From: Podarcis cretensis
Taxonomy: Eukaryota
Direction: 5' to 3'
DNA length: 64,000 bases
NCBI GenBank assembly: GCA_951804945.1
Contig: OX638150.1
Coordinates: 66,340,001 to 66,404,000, forward strand
The notes beneath the pieces were generated by a model. It was given only the letters and a program-made list of their open reading frames with translations, made no database searches and was not told the origin of the DNA. The translations under genes and the position numbers were made by a program. Shown here piece after piece: positions 35,642 to 48,903 of this stretch; the stretch's first letter is position 1; each line of letters starts with the position of its first letter.

Positions 35642-36521
35642 CTCTCTCTTGCTTTTGTTGCTCCTAAGTGTGCTTCAGATTTGCTATGTATGAGCAGAGC
35701 TAACAGCCTCACAATTGTGAAGGGGTGTCTTGTTGAAGCAACAGGATTTTGAAACAATATGCTTTGTGCCTCCAGAGGAGAAACAAAATCCCAGTAGTGA
35801 AATGGGTACCTTATGCTTTGGTCGACTGTGTGGTGGTGGTTGTTTTTTGCTCACCTGGAGGGAAGAAAAGTTCATGCTGGTCCAGGCAGACTTCATTTGT
35901 TTCATCTTTTCCCTACAGGGTGCACAATGTACACAGTAGGCTGCTACCTGCAAGGATGCATTTGTCCTTTGGAAACATTTTTATGCTGTTTGAGCAACAG
36001 GGACTCCTGCAGAATTCAGAGAAGATTGTAGGAAGGTGAAGGAAGGTGAGAGCCAACTGTGGAATGCAGTTTTCTGAAAAGGTTAGCCATCTTGACAGTT
36101 GGGTGGTTGTCATTATCCTAACACAGCTATGACACCAAAGAAGGAAGAAAAAAATGTGTCTTTAAATAACAGAGTGACCTACTCAAACCTGTAATTCTAA
36201 CAGAAGAGTAAGTAACCCTTTGAAAACAGATCAAAGAGATGTGAATTATTAAAAAGATGACATTCATCAGACAGATTTATCTCCATTAGTAATTATATGT
36301 CTGAATCATTAAAGAACTGGAGGAAACAAGTTGTCTGTTACTAGTGTAAAAAATGGACTTTAATAATAATAACAAAAATCCTTTCTGTTTAAGAAGACTG
36401 CAAGAAAGACTCTATGGAAATTTGGTCCAAAGCAATTCAACAGTGGGAAGGGAAAACAGTTGCTAGAGGATCTTAAAATATTCTGGCCATATTCTAGCTT
36501 CAAAAAGTACCAGCAGTCAGT

Positions 36522-36523
36522 CA

Positions 36524-36602
<79 letters not shown>
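36522..36602. repeat. Compound microsatellite (GTCT)n(CT)n
   Basis: Read directly from the sequence. Confidence 0.95.
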
Positions 36603-36607
<5 letters not shown>

Positions 36608-36929
36608 TAACAGAAATGCTCTTCCTTGTTCTGAGCAGGTGCCTGGGCCATCTACCATCTTTTTGATTTTCTGAACTGGAAATGAATTGTTGCTGAAGTG
36701 GATCTGTTTTAGTTCCTTACCAGCTGGTCCAGAATGCTTTCTGATTGCCTGTGTTGGGGAGCTGGGATATATAAGAAAAGAAGATGCAGCATATTTCTGA
36801 ATACCAGTTGCTGGCAGTTACAGATGAGGAGTACACTGTTGCACTCAGGTCTTCCTTGAGGATTTCCCATGCACATCTGGTTGGTCACTTTGGGAAAATG
36901 ATGCTGGGCTAGATGTAGAGATGTAGGAA

Positions 36930-37930
36930 TGCATCATTCCTTCTTCTGTCCTGTATTTGCTGCCTGCAGCACCGCTTCCATTCCACTGCAGTTTGTCTCC
37001 TGCCAAAAACTACGTTATTAGTCTTTCTGTCTGCATAACAAAGCAGTCCTATGAATGGATCCACTCCATCACTTGCTTGGCAAATCTGGTCTTCAAAAGA
37101 TCTTGCTTGCTTAATGCCAAGGTAGTCCAATGAAGACCTGACCACCAACCCACAGCCACCACCACTCTCTATGTAGATGTAACCCAACGGCTCAACATCA
37201 CCTTGTGAAGTCAGAAAGCAACCATATGAATCAAGCTGTAACCTCCTGATTATTCAGATGTTTTGGCTGCCCTCCAGTACATCTAATAAATTTGCGTAAC
37301 TATAGGTTTGATAGTGTTGTGTAAGTCTCCAGTACGTCTAGACAAATGAGTTGTACTATATTTAACCCATAGTGCTGGTCTCTTTCCATTACACTATAAA
37401 TCTTGTCATCTTTCTTCAGCTACCAATCTTCCATGGATTTCGTTCTTGTTCCTCCTCCAAAGAAAACTACTGTATATACCAGCATAAATAAGAGTTGATG
37501 TCTTTTGCTGTTATGCAGCTGTGAAATGAAGAGTTAGTTACTGAAGGCAACTATCTAGAAGTCCACAGCACTGGTTTGGTCGGCACCTACAGGTATGTAG
37601 AGTAACAACAATATTTTCAGCAGCACAGGAAGGACACGATGCAGCCACCAGAAAATTCATCATTAAAAGGTTATCAGAAAATCGCTCATTGATAGAAGAC
37701 AGAGGAAGACAGATATATGAAAGCCCGACAGACCAGGTGATGCGAAAGGACATGTAGTGGACACAATGAAAATTTAATGCCTGCAGAAAGAAAATGGCAA
37801 TATCTGAATAAGGATGGCATGCACCCAACTGCCTGAGGATTGATGAGTCATAATGACAGACAGACACTCTGAATGCATTGGCAGTAATTTTGCCACGCAC
37901 CCCCTGCCCTGAAAACAAATGCCTTGGAAT
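36930..37930 (-). mobile_element. Highly degraded RTE-like LINE RT region
   Basis: Minus strand shows frameshifted remnants in the expected order: ANAFRVS...ILRQLG, INS.L.YA(D), then LGYIY-like C-terminal motifs. Confidence 0.4.
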
Positions 37931-38099
37931 GCAGAGAATGTGTCAAAACCACTTCCTTGACCACACTTTAAGATGTCTGTCTGTCTTCACTGTAAATATG
38001 CTAAAGTTTCTGTGAAGTGGCAAGTTGACTGTATGTCATGTGGAAGATTTTATTTACCTGTTTCCCCACCTCCCAACTTGATCATGGTCCAGAACCCTC

Positions 38100-38131
<32 letters not shown>

Positions 38132-39056
38132 CATTCCACCCCCCCCAAAACAAAACCAGCCCTGGATCCTTATGTGAACATCTCTCAATGCAGAATAAGC
38201 AGGTCTCATACACTGCTTTGTACACCAAGCATTTAAAAGACAGACATCTGATTATGATTTTTAATGATTTCATTGTACACTACACACACACACACACACA
38301 CACACATTTGATGATTTAGGAATCTTCTTGTATGGGCCCTTACATTCTGACAGTGCAAATACACACTCCATGTCAGTGTTTAGTTGATGAAACCATTTAA
38401 ATGTATGTGTATAAGCTTATATAAGTGATCGAGAGTTTCAGTCAGTTGTCACCTATTCAGGTTCTGAATTTCATATGTTGATATTTGGCTGCACGTTTTC
38501 TGGCATGATAAAATCTTCAAGTGTAAAGTCTTAAATTTCAGAGCTCAATTCCTTAAGCATCCTCACAAAAGCAGCTGCTGAAATAAAGTATCTTTGACAT
38601 GTGCTTATTGATGGGCTTGCAGTGTTAATATCCTGTGTCTTTTCTGATATTGCTTCCAAGTGATATTAATGAAAAAAATGCTGGGTTTGACAACTTTTTA
38701 AACTCTGTATTTTATTTTAAAATTTCATCATACTAAAGGGCACCGTTGATAATCCCCTTAGGTAAATATAATCTAAAGTGATTCATCCATTTTAATTAGG
38801 AAAGAAATCCACAGGTAAGGAGGAAACATTTGTTTTTCTCAGGTAAATCAATGGAACAATAGAATGTTAGTCTGGAGAGAGATTATTTCTGTCTCCCAAG
38901 TTGAACCTTAAATACCTCTTCTTGACACACAAAGGAATGAATGAGCATCTGCTGGACTTCAGGGAATGTCTGCTTATTCTTGATGGGAGCTGGCTTATTG
39001 TCAAACTTTCAAGCACCCTTTTGCCCTCTCCCACAAACAAAGCACTCTCCCTCCTT

Positions 39057-39214
39057 ATGAAAACATTTAGTCAGCCATTTTTTGTCATCACACCTAGCAT
39101 AGGACCCCCCAAAAGCTGTTGAGATTTTTGGGTTTTTCTTAAAAAATCTCCACAGCTTTTGGGGGGTCCTATGCTAGGTGTGATGACAAAAAATGGCTGA
39201 CTAAATGTTTTCAT
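39057..39214. repeat. Near-perfect inverted repeat: 73-bp arms, 12-nt spacer
   Basis: 39057-39129 vs rc of 39142-39214 match at 72/73 positions. Confidence 0.95.
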
Positions 39215-39519
39215 TTTTTCAATCAATTTTTTGATTGACTTGCCTAAGATCCAGGACAAAGCACCAGATTTTGGAAATTTCCCCTGGACATCAGTTCCAC
39301 CTCTGAAGTCCCAGTAATGTCCAGGACGTATGGCAGCCCTAACCTAGCAGTTTTTAAATGACATACATATTGTATATTCTGAAGGTTGTTATTTCAGATT
39401 TTAAAATAGCATTAGAAAAGAGCCCATTATAAAAAAATTAAAACATTTTTGTATATTATGTTAGAAGCTGCCCCAAGTGTCTGAGGCAACCCAGGCAGAT
39501 ATGCTGGGTACAAAAGCAA

Positions 39520-39520
39520 G

Positions 39521-39582
<62 letters not shown>
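39520..39582. repeat. Compound microsatellite (TTG)n(CTG)n next to an antisense L2-like 3' end (39430-39515)
   Basis: Read directly from the sequence. Confidence 0.9.
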
Positions 39583-39585
<3 letters not shown>

Positions 39586-40049
39586 AAAAGCATCAAAATC
39601 TAGGCTTGGATAGATATGTGGCACAAAAGCATCAATGAGTGGATTGGGGTTGGCTAGAGTTTTGAGGGAGCAGAGAGGAGAAACCAGACAACACTATCTA
39701 CCTAATGTGCCATATGTGCTCTGACAGTGTTTTCTACAATATGTAGGTCTGTCCATTCTAAAATGTATAATGAAAAAGAGGCACTTGTAAACATTTACGA
39801 ATACATAGATTGAGATTACTACTGTACAACCAATTATGCATCTGTTTTAGATAAAATGAAGTCGGAAGTCTTTGAGGCCAACTTAGGGCCAAGGTAGACA
39901 TGCAATGTACATGTTTTTAAATAAAAATAGTGATTGGTAGGAATGCAGGCTTTCCCTTCCTGTCACAGCTCTGACAAAAATGCAATCCTGATGAAAATTG
40001 CATTGGAGCCAATTGAGGCAGGTGTGAGTGTTTCCTTCCAAGGCATACG

Positions 40050-40498
40050 GGAGCTTCAAAGGAGTATTTTTTTTATCTCAGTTATCTCAGTTTCTCCTTT
40101 TTCCAATAATAGATTTGGTTCCCCACATTTTGCAGCAATTTGTGAATTTTTAAAAACCTTTATGGCAAATTCATCAGCCTTTTAGCATGATTTTCTCCCA
40201 ATTAAACACATTTTATATGTAGTTTTGACCAATGTACACATTTTTGCAAATACTTTCCCCTTATATAATGCTTTTCTGTATGTAGTTTTCACTCAAACCT
40301 TCATTTTTGTGCAAAGTTTTCCCTAAAATATTTGCTTTTGTAAAAATTGGTTGGAGAACTGTATCACAAAATTCAGATAATTGCAAATTTTGAAGAATAG
40401 ATTTGTTTCAGTTCACATATTGTTTCATAAAGTGTGAGTTTCTTAGACTTAGCTTCAAATGTGTACTGAGTCATATTCCCACCCCTCCCCCTCCCTAG
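40050..40498. mobile_element. AT-rich non-autonomous DNA-transposon-like repeat; related copies at ~6150-6512, ~20760-20990, ~55430-55680
   Basis: Recurring motifs cacatttt...tatg, aaaattcaga.aa.tgc and a ...ctccc(c)tag terminus. Confidence 0.45.
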
Positions 40499-42017
40499 TT
40501 AGGACTGCAGGACAAGGAGAAAGCCTTAAAGTTCCCATTCCTTGTCTGTTATACTCTCAATAATTATCAGTTCATTCACAGCTATTTTCAGTATTAAAAA
40601 ACTGCCTGCTAAATACAGGTGCATTTAATGTTACATCTAGTTGGATTCTAAAAGGCACCTTAAGGAAAGAATAATGGCAAGTCAATTTTAAAGAAGTGAA
40701 AAACAGAAATGTTATTCAGATAATCTTGACACTAGGAAAAGGTCAGTAAGCATGACTCTTTATTTCCTATATAGTTCAAAAAGAAGAAGAAGATGTGAAA
40801 TGAAATCCAAGTTTGATTGAATGTGAGTCTTTCTTGAGAACATTATATAAGCCTTCTGAATCAGGTCCATCTAGACCAGCATCCTAAACTCACAGCAACC
40901 AACCAGATGCCTAAGGGAAGTGCAACAGCGTTCTCCCCACTTGTGAGTCCCGCATACTGCTTTCAACAGTGGAGGCAGAACATAGCTATTGTGGCTAGTA
41001 ACCTTTGATAACTTTTGATAGTTTAAAGACATCCAAGTTGCTGGCTATCACTACTTCTTGGGGGAGTGAATTCCACATCCTTAAAAAAGAAATCATACTA
41101 AAAGACCATTGATTTTCAGGTGGTGTTAACCACACTAAAAACAAACCAGAACTATTACGATATACCTGTAGTTACATCTGCCCACAAGGAATCAAGGGTA
41201 TGTGTTTTATTTCGTTGTTTGCCTTAGGAAATGACTCAGTTACTGTGTGCAGCATTTTTATGTAATTAGTGTGTTGGTTCATTCACATTCAGTCGGCTGA
41301 CAAAAAAATATTACTGATGTTGTCAACTTTCAATTGAGCATGCAAGGCTATATTGGTTTCTTGTTTGCCCACGGGCCTCTCTGTCAACAATGAAGCTGGT
41401 GAGTACGTGCCCAGTTCTTCTCTGTTTTGTTTCATTTATCGGCAAGTAACATACTTGTTGTAGGTAAACAAGAGCAGCAAGGGACCGGGCAATTCTTAGA
41501 AGCCTTTTTCACCACTGTTGACTTTTTGTCCCATCATTAAGTTGCAGCAGTTACAACTTGCCTGTAAGGATGGCAAGTTAAGCTTATATGTGCCATGGAC
41601 TTTACCCGAGGAGCTGCTCCCACCCCTGCCCCAATAGATATTCTACAGTTTGTTGAAATATTGGAGTAGAAAGCAAATTAAAGGTGCTGATTGTGAAATA
41701 CAATGTGTTGTCTGCCAGGGTCCCCCCCCCCCAGTGCTTCAGGCATGAAGCATGGAAGATTTAAATGACATTCCTTTGCTGACCACATTGGGTTAGGACT
41801 AGGCAGACACTTCTTTGCTCAATTGGCAAGACTCACTCCTCGTGGGTATACTACAGGAGGATAGCCAGGATACAGTAATTTTGCCTTAGTTTACTTTGCC
41901 TCAGCTTTACTCTACCCCACTCCCCAGAACTTGTCAGAAACTTGGTTCAACACTATATACTTAGCCACCCTTAGAGGTTGACTTTCAGAAACAATAAAGC
42001 AATAACAAAGCAAACTA

Positions 42018-42232
42018 CAGTGGTACCTCAGGTTAAGAACTTAATTCATTCCGGAGGTCTGTCCTTAACCTGAAACTGTTCTTAACCTGAGGTACCACTT
42101 TAGCTAATGGGGCCTCCCGCTGCCGCCGCACAATTTCTGTTCTCATCCTGAAGCAAAGTTCTTAACCTGAGGTACTATTTCGGGGTTAGCGGAGTCTGTA
42201 ACCTGAAGCGTCTGTAACCCGAGGTACCACTG
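42018..42232. mobile_element. Tc1/mariner (Tigger-like) MITE
   Basis: TA|CAGTGGTACCTCAGGTTA...TAACCCGAGGTACCACTG|TA. Confidence 0.9.
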
Positions 42233-43182
42233 TAAGTTCTTCTATAGTTTCCTCCTATTGAGGCACATTTTTCAGACAAGATTTACGGCTTAATTGAAAT
42301 TTAAAGTAGTTTAATTTAAACTATGGTTTAAAGTGATGGATAAACAGTGCCGAGTTATTTACCACCATGGTCTGCCCCTAGTACAAAATAAAATAGAAAT
42401 CGGATTATGGAGAGCCTTGTTATGCAGGGAAATATCTTAGACTATTATTCCAGAGTTGAGAATTCTGTCATTTTCTAGAAGTGCAAAAAGCTTTTTCATG
42501 GTGGGTTGTTTTCTGTAGTGCTGCTGACACTTTTCTCACACAGCAAAAGCACCTAATGCCTGCATTGAACAATGGTCATGTATGCATTATTAAGGAAATA
42601 AACATATTTGTAAGCAAATTTCACATATATCCCAGCTCCAGTTCCATTGCAGATTCCTCAGTTACATCTTGCTCAAGAAAGGCACAACCTTGGTTGCTTT
42701 GTCTCTCTATTACATCACTCCATGGCTTTCCGGGCTGCATTCCAGCTCCATTTCCACCTACTTTCTTAGCAATTTATATTGTGATATGCTACTCTCTCAC
42801 CCCTATGACCTTTGGCATTTGTTCCAGCTACTTTCAAATGCTGAGGTTATGATATCAAGCCTCATGGATTTCTGAAATATTAAATTGTTGTCCCTCTGAG
42901 GCTGTCTCCCTAGCCCCACCCCCACCCCAAGCCACAGGTTGTTTCCTTAGAAGAATGAGTAATCTGCATATGCTGGGCCAAATAAATAAGTACCGGTATT
43001 TTGCTGATAGGTATCCAAGCTGTTCTTATGCATACATATTTTATTAAAGACTTATCTATATAATTATCATGTTTATTACTTCTCGTAGGTAGATGAGTAT
43101 TTTTTTTTACTGCTTAACTTCCATAGCAGGATTGTTAGTCTTAATAAGGTGGATCTTGCATAGATGTTTCTATATATTGTAA

Positions 43183-43537
43183 AGGTAAAGGTAAAGGGAC
43201 CCCTGACCATTAGGTCCAGTCGTGACCAACTCTGGGGTTGCGGCATTCATCTCGCTTTATTGGCCGAGGGAGCCAGCGTACAGCTTCCGGGTAATGTGGC
43301 CAGCATGACTAAGCCACTTCTGGCGAACCAGAGCAGCGTATGGAAACACTGTTTACCTTCCCGCCGGAGTGGTACCTATTTATCTACTTGCACTTTGACA
43401 TGCTTTCGAACTGCTGGGTTGGCAGGAGCAGGGACCGAGCAACGGGAGCTCACCCCGTCATGGGGATTTGAACCGCCAACCTTCTGATCGGCAAGTCCTA
43501 GGCTCTGTGGTTTAACCCACAGCGCCACCCGCGTCCC
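43183..43537 (-). mobile_element. Full-length Squam1 SINE
   Basis: Complete head and (GGTAAA)n tail. 14-bp TSD tctatatattgtaa at 43169-43182 and 43538-43551. Confidence 0.95.
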
Positions 43538-43675
43538 TCTATATATTGTAACTATATCCAAAATGGGAAACCTCCGGCTGTTGTTGGACTCCAACTCCCA
43601 TCAACCGCAACCATAATGTGCAATAGTCAGGGATGATGGAAGTTGTGGTCCCAACAGACTGAAGGACCACTCAGA

Positions 43676-43981
43676 ATAATAAAAACGTGATAAAACATCA
43701 AACATTAAAGACTTCCCTAAACAGTGCTGCCTTCAGATGTCTTCTAAAAGTCAGATAGTTGACATCTGATGGGAGGGCGTTCCACAGGGCGGGTGCCACT
43801 ACCGAGAAGGCCCTCTGCCTGGTTCCCTGTAACCTCACATCTCGCAGTGAGGGAACCGCCAGAAGGCCCTCGACGCTGAACGATTGGGGTGGAGACGCTC
43901 CTTCAGGTATACTGGGCCGAGGCCGTTTAGGGCTTTAAAGGTCAGAATCAACACTTTGAATTGTGCTTGGAAATGTACTGG
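43676..43981 (-). mobile_element. L2 3' fragment, same family as 9725-11435
   Basis: FKVLILTFKALNGLGPVYLKERL. DNA colinear with 11020-11350, with small deletions. Confidence 0.88.
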
Positions 43982-44696
43982 AAAAGAAGACTGTTGGGTA
44001 GATGGCACAGTAATTTTCTGAGATGACTTCTTAACTATTGTTTTCTCTCCCCCCCCCCACATGAACTTCTGAACATTTTAAGCTCCACCAGTTACGTATC
44101 CATTTATATACCTTCCCCATTCATTTTGAAGCCTGCTCCCCATGATGTTTTTGACGTGATGCATCCTATTCAACAGCACTCCACGGTACAGCATGTCATG
44201 TTATCATATTTCTTGCTACCTACTAATAACATGAAATGAGATGACATAACACAACGGAAACAATGCCATTAAAGTCACAGATGATCTGTTGCTTAGGCTG
44301 GTGAAGTGAAACTGCTTTTCAAAGAGCAACAAAGATTGGAAGATAAAATTGCATTTTCATTCACTGTGGTCTGTGCTTTCAAACAGTGTACAGTTGGATG
44401 TACTTAATTCCAAATGAATCTGGGAGTAGTTGTGTGAAACTGTATTGGATGTCTGTGCATGTAACAGAGCTTTCATTAAGCAGCTAGAGACAGTGGCTTA
44501 CTATGTGATTCCCCCACAAGGCAGGGAGAATGCAGCCATATGTAGAATCAATCGCCTGTTTTGGACTGGCAAACAGTAGCACAAATCTAACCGCATGCAC
44601 CCTTGTCTCATCAGAAACTACACAGCAATCAAGTTTTACACTGAATATAACACTGGCATACCAACAACAAGAAATTAGTATGTTTATCAATTTCTC

Positions 44697-44697
<1 letters not shown>

Positions 44698-44750
<53 letters not shown>
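44698..44750. repeat. (GTT)n microsatellite
   Basis: Read directly from the sequence. Confidence 0.95.
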
Positions 44751-44751
<1 letters not shown>

Positions 44752-46208
44752 ACTATTATTGCTGTTATTTCAATTTATATACCACCCTGTATCAAAAGAT
44801 CTCAGGGCAGTGTATCACATTAAAAACATATTTTACGGAGCATAATAGTGTATGGCATGCTGGTGATTTGACAACGTGCCATCTTTAGTTGCTGTATCTT
44901 GGCTCAAGGTGTGTGTCGGAAGTGGATGTGATTCAATCAAAGGCATTTAACATTTTAATTTAAACATTTTTAAAGAGAAGAGTTGTATCATTTTGTACAA
45001 GTTTTCTTGCCTCAAGAAAGGTAGGGTGTGTGTGTTTGAGTGTAGAGGGAGGGAGAGATGATTGGAAAGTCATTATGCTGTATATCGCCATTTCTCTCAA
45101 GGCCTGAAAAGCTTGGATAAGCTGTGAGGGAAATATTGCAAAACAGGTTCCGCTGTGTTTGACAGATAATGCACCCAGGACCTGGGGATACTGAAGTTGT
45201 ATAAAGCTCAATAGAGCTGATATCTATAACACAGCAAGGAGAGGAACTGCCAGCCAGGTAACAGCTGTTTGTCCTATAGCTGAAAGATTTTTAACCTCCA
45301 AATCAACGAATATAAAAAGAAATGTATGCCTCTCTGAACCGAAGCCAAAGTTAATTTTCTTCAGTCCCACATATCTTTTCTGTGTGAATTTCTATATGAT
45401 TATAGGAGTTGTGCTTTTTCATCCTTTTTAATGCTTTTTTTTTTACACTTGGTGTTTGGGAACATCACATTTTGTGATTGGCTGGTGCAGAATACAGATA
45501 AATTTTATTTTGTAATGTCAGTTGTTCTAATGAAGATTTGTCTTCCAAGTATTTTTTTTGTTAGGGTATTGTTTGACCTGAAAGCATTGTATGATGGAAG
45601 CTGTTTCAGATCAACACTACAAAAACAACTAGTGTGGCTGCAGCTAAATATTTAGGTTGCAATTCTAGACATGTTTGTGATTAAGTTTTATTGATTCTGG
45701 TGTAATTCTGGCCTGTTACATATCAGATTACAGCTTTGGACTTGGAAGCTCTGGATTCAAATCCCATGCCTCCATGAAATTCAGTGGGCAGCACAGAGCA
45801 AGTTGCTATCTCTAAGCCTAATCTGCCTTACAGGTAAGAGGATGAAGTGGGGAATCTCCTGGGCACACCAAGGTTTTTATATTTACTGTGCTATTTTGGG
45901 ATATTTAATTTATTTGTTTTACTGCAACCATAGAAATATGTGATTTTTCATTAATGTAGATGTATTATAAAGCAGGGCTTTCACAATATCATTTAAATTA
46001 AATTCATTGCATTGCACTACAAAGAAGGATGGCCCATACATTTAAAGCACATGACTTCGTACAAAGATTCCTGGGAACTGTATTTATCCCTCACAGGGGT
46101 ACAATTTCCAGATCCCTTAAACTACAGCTCCCAAAGATTCTTTGAGTGAAGTCATGTGCTTTAAATACTTTGTATTTTTAAAATACTTGGATGCTTGTCA
46201 GCCTGGGC

Positions 46209-46301
46209 CATAGCTATCAACTTTTCCCTTTTCTTGCGGGGAATCCTATTTGGAATAAGGGAATTTCCCTTTTTTAAAAAAGGAAAACATTGACAGCTAT
46301 G
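46209..46301. mobile_element. 93-bp hAT-type MITE
   Basis: TIR CATAGCTATCAA / rc CATAGCTGTCAA. Exact 8-bp TSD GCCTGGGC at 46201-46208 and 46302-46309. Confidence 0.85.
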
Positions 46302-46385
46302 GCCTGGGCCCCTCTAATAATAGTGTGCGCGCAACATTTATGTTTGGATCCTACTCTGCAGAAAACAAATGAATTCCATCATCTA

Positions 46386-46690
46386 TCTAACAGCCCTTCA
46401 AATATTTTGAGATGATAGTTACCATTGTCTCCTTTTCCAATCTAAACGTACCCAACTTCTTCAGCTTGTCCTCATAGGAACTGGTCTCCATGCCTCTTCC
46501 TCCCTTTGTCGCATTCTTCTGAACATGTTCCACTTTATTGATATCCATCTTAAACTGTGGTGACCAGAGCAGTGCTCTGTATGAGGCTTGACCAAAGCAT
46601 AATTGAATAGTGCTGCTATTTATTGAGATCTGGGACACACTCTTTTTGTTGAGGCACCATAGAATTGCATTTAGTCTACTATCTCCCATA
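46386..46690 (-). mobile_element. Degraded CR1 ORF2 fragment
   Basis: LWSPQFKMDINKVEHVQKNATK...SYEDKLKKLGTFRLEK...KYLKG. Confidence 0.8.
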
Positions 46691-47010
46691 GACGCCTATA
46701 AAAAAAATAGATGCGCAGAGAATCTTGGCATTTGTATGTGTTTTGGGCCCATGTAACTTGGGTAGCCCATTCTGTTGGCAGGCATATGAACAGAAATGCA
46801 TGGTAACTCATGAATGAGAAAGCTTATTTGGGAGGCAACATATAGGATGAGGCTTAAGAACTATGACTTAGCAACTATTGCCACTATGATGATCTAATGG
46901 TTAGAATGCCAGACTAGGAAGACCCAACTTCAAATCTATACTGAGATGTGAAGCTCACTGTGTGCCCTTCAGCCAGTCCCTGTCTTTTAGCTTAACCTAC
47001 CCCAACAAGG

Positions 47011-47370
47011 GGACGCAGGTGGCGCTGTGGGTTAAAGCCTCAGCGCCTAGGACTTGCCGATCGAAAGGTCGGCGGTTCGAATCCCTGCGGCGGGGTGCGC
47101 TCCTGCTGCTCGGTCCCAGTGCCTGCCAACCTAGCAGTTCGAAAGCACCTCCGGGTGCAAGTAGATAAATAGGGACCACTTACCAGCGGGAAGGTAAACG
47201 GCGTTTCCGTGTGCGGCTCTGGCTCGCCAGAGCAGCGATGTCACGCTGGCCACGTGACCCGGAAGTGTCTCCGGACAGCACTGGCCCCTGGCCTCTTAAG
47301 TGAGATGGGCGCACAACCCCAGAGTCTGTCAAGACTGGCCCGTATGGGCAGGGGTACCTTTACCTTACCT
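47011..47370 (+). mobile_element. Full-length Squam1 SINE (CpG-rich variant), inserted in an older tRNA-derived SINE (~46890-47420)
   Basis: B box GGTTCGAATCCC, (ACCTT)n tail. 13-bp TSD taccccaacaagg at 46998-47010 and 47371-47383. Confidence 0.94.
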
Positions 47371-47559
47371 TACCCCAACAAGGTTGCAATGAGTATTGCT
47401 CTGAGTTTTTTGTTTTTGGAGGAAAACAAACATTTATTTAATAACTTTTGAAATTGAAGAGATACATTTTTGACTGCTTAATGCAAGTGATTTTTATTTT
47501 TTAAAAACTTGCTTTTCGAAAAACAATACATCTTAAACAAAGTCCACATAGTTGCAAAA

Positions 47560-48130
47560 TCATCCACCACTTCTCAGTTGCAGCTCAGCATTGTGTAGTC
47601 ATGATCCAAAAGCGCAAGTGACTCTCTAATAGCAAGGAATGTGCTGTGGACACGTCCTGTGTTGGTGACAGATCAGCAAGAGAACTTTCTGTATGCACAA
47701 ATGCCTCAGCTTGTCAAAAGTGTTCACCCCTCCCTGTCCACCTGCTGCCCAAATTAATCAAGTTTAACTTGATATTTTTTAAAAAACTTTTGCAGATACC
47801 ATCCACACTCTCACCAGATACCTTTCAGCATTTAATGTCTTTTTCTGATAGGACATTTATCTCTTCAGCCTGTGCCAGCAGGTTTTCAAGCTGTGCCATC
47901 AGGATTGAGTAGCCATTTAGGAGCACTCTTGGGGTCATTCTATCAACCAGCTACAAGTCCATCAAACAGTAGCATTGTCTAGCCCACATTTCCCTAGTTT
48001 TGTCAATGAGGATTTTTGAGGGTTTTGTCAAAAGCCTTGCTGCAATCAAGATATGTCCAAAGTGTTTCCCTGAACTACCAAACTAGTAGCTCTATTTAAG
48101 AAAGAAAGAAAGAAAGATCAGACTGCCATG
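47560..48130 (-). mobile_element. Degraded CR1 RT fragment
   Basis: gtcaaaagccttgctgcaatcaagata reads YLDxSKAFD on the minus strand. Surrounding sequence is decayed RT-like. Confidence 0.55.
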
Positions 48131-48762
48131 ACTAGGATACCTTAAAAAATTGTTTCATCTCTCATATACTTAGAATTCACTGCAGGAGACAGATACCTTC
48201 TTACCAGGAGGTCCATTCTGCCCAGTGCTCATATCAGGCCTTTACTGTAGTGGCAATTCGCCTTTGGAACTCTGTCCTGTTACAGATCAGGCTGACAGTC
48301 TCTATGGTCTTTTAGCACCTGTTGAGAGCTTTCTTCTTTAAACAAGCCAACTCATTGGAAATTTTTATTTTGGTCAGAATCTGCAAGGTATTTGAAATAA
48401 TTTTTTTATATGTAATTGTTTTATATATGCTTCTATTGTACTGCAAAATTGTTTCAAGAAACTGTGAAATAAATTTAACGACTTTTTCTTGAGAAACCAG
48501 TGCTGAATTTCTTCATGGGGTACAGGAAAAAGTCATGCAGTACTTCACCTGTTTGCCAAGAATTCTCCAAAGAAATTGGACAGAGGGCCTGAGATTACAC
48601 CTACAAGTTCATTTACTGCTTTAGGATGTAATTTATCTGGCCCCCAAGGATTGAACTGATTTAATATGTTCTCCCATGTTACCTCTTTACCTCTCTGCTA
48701 CAATTCCTTCCCTTCAATGTTATCACTTGAATAGGATCGCTCTTTGCCCCTGGTGTATAGCT

Positions 48763-48903
48763 CACATGTGGGGACCTTTGGCCTTCCAAATGATGCTCAA
48801 CTGCAGCTCCCATTGGCCTCATGGGGCAAGAATGGCCAATGGCTAGTGATGATGGGAGCTGTACTTCAACAACATCTGGAAGGTCAAAGGTTCCCCAGTC
48901 CTG
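48763..48903. mobile_element. Short palindromic hAT-like MITE; related copies at ~43560-43670 and ~54451-54590
   Basis: ggggacctttggccttcca...tggaaggtcaaaggttcccc inverted termini around ctccca...tgggag. Confidence 0.55.

Noticed and set aside
47209-47451. Apparent paralogous small protein MCGSGSPEQRCHAGH... (also 62760-63008)
   Set aside because: Both are frames within the same Squam1 subfamily.
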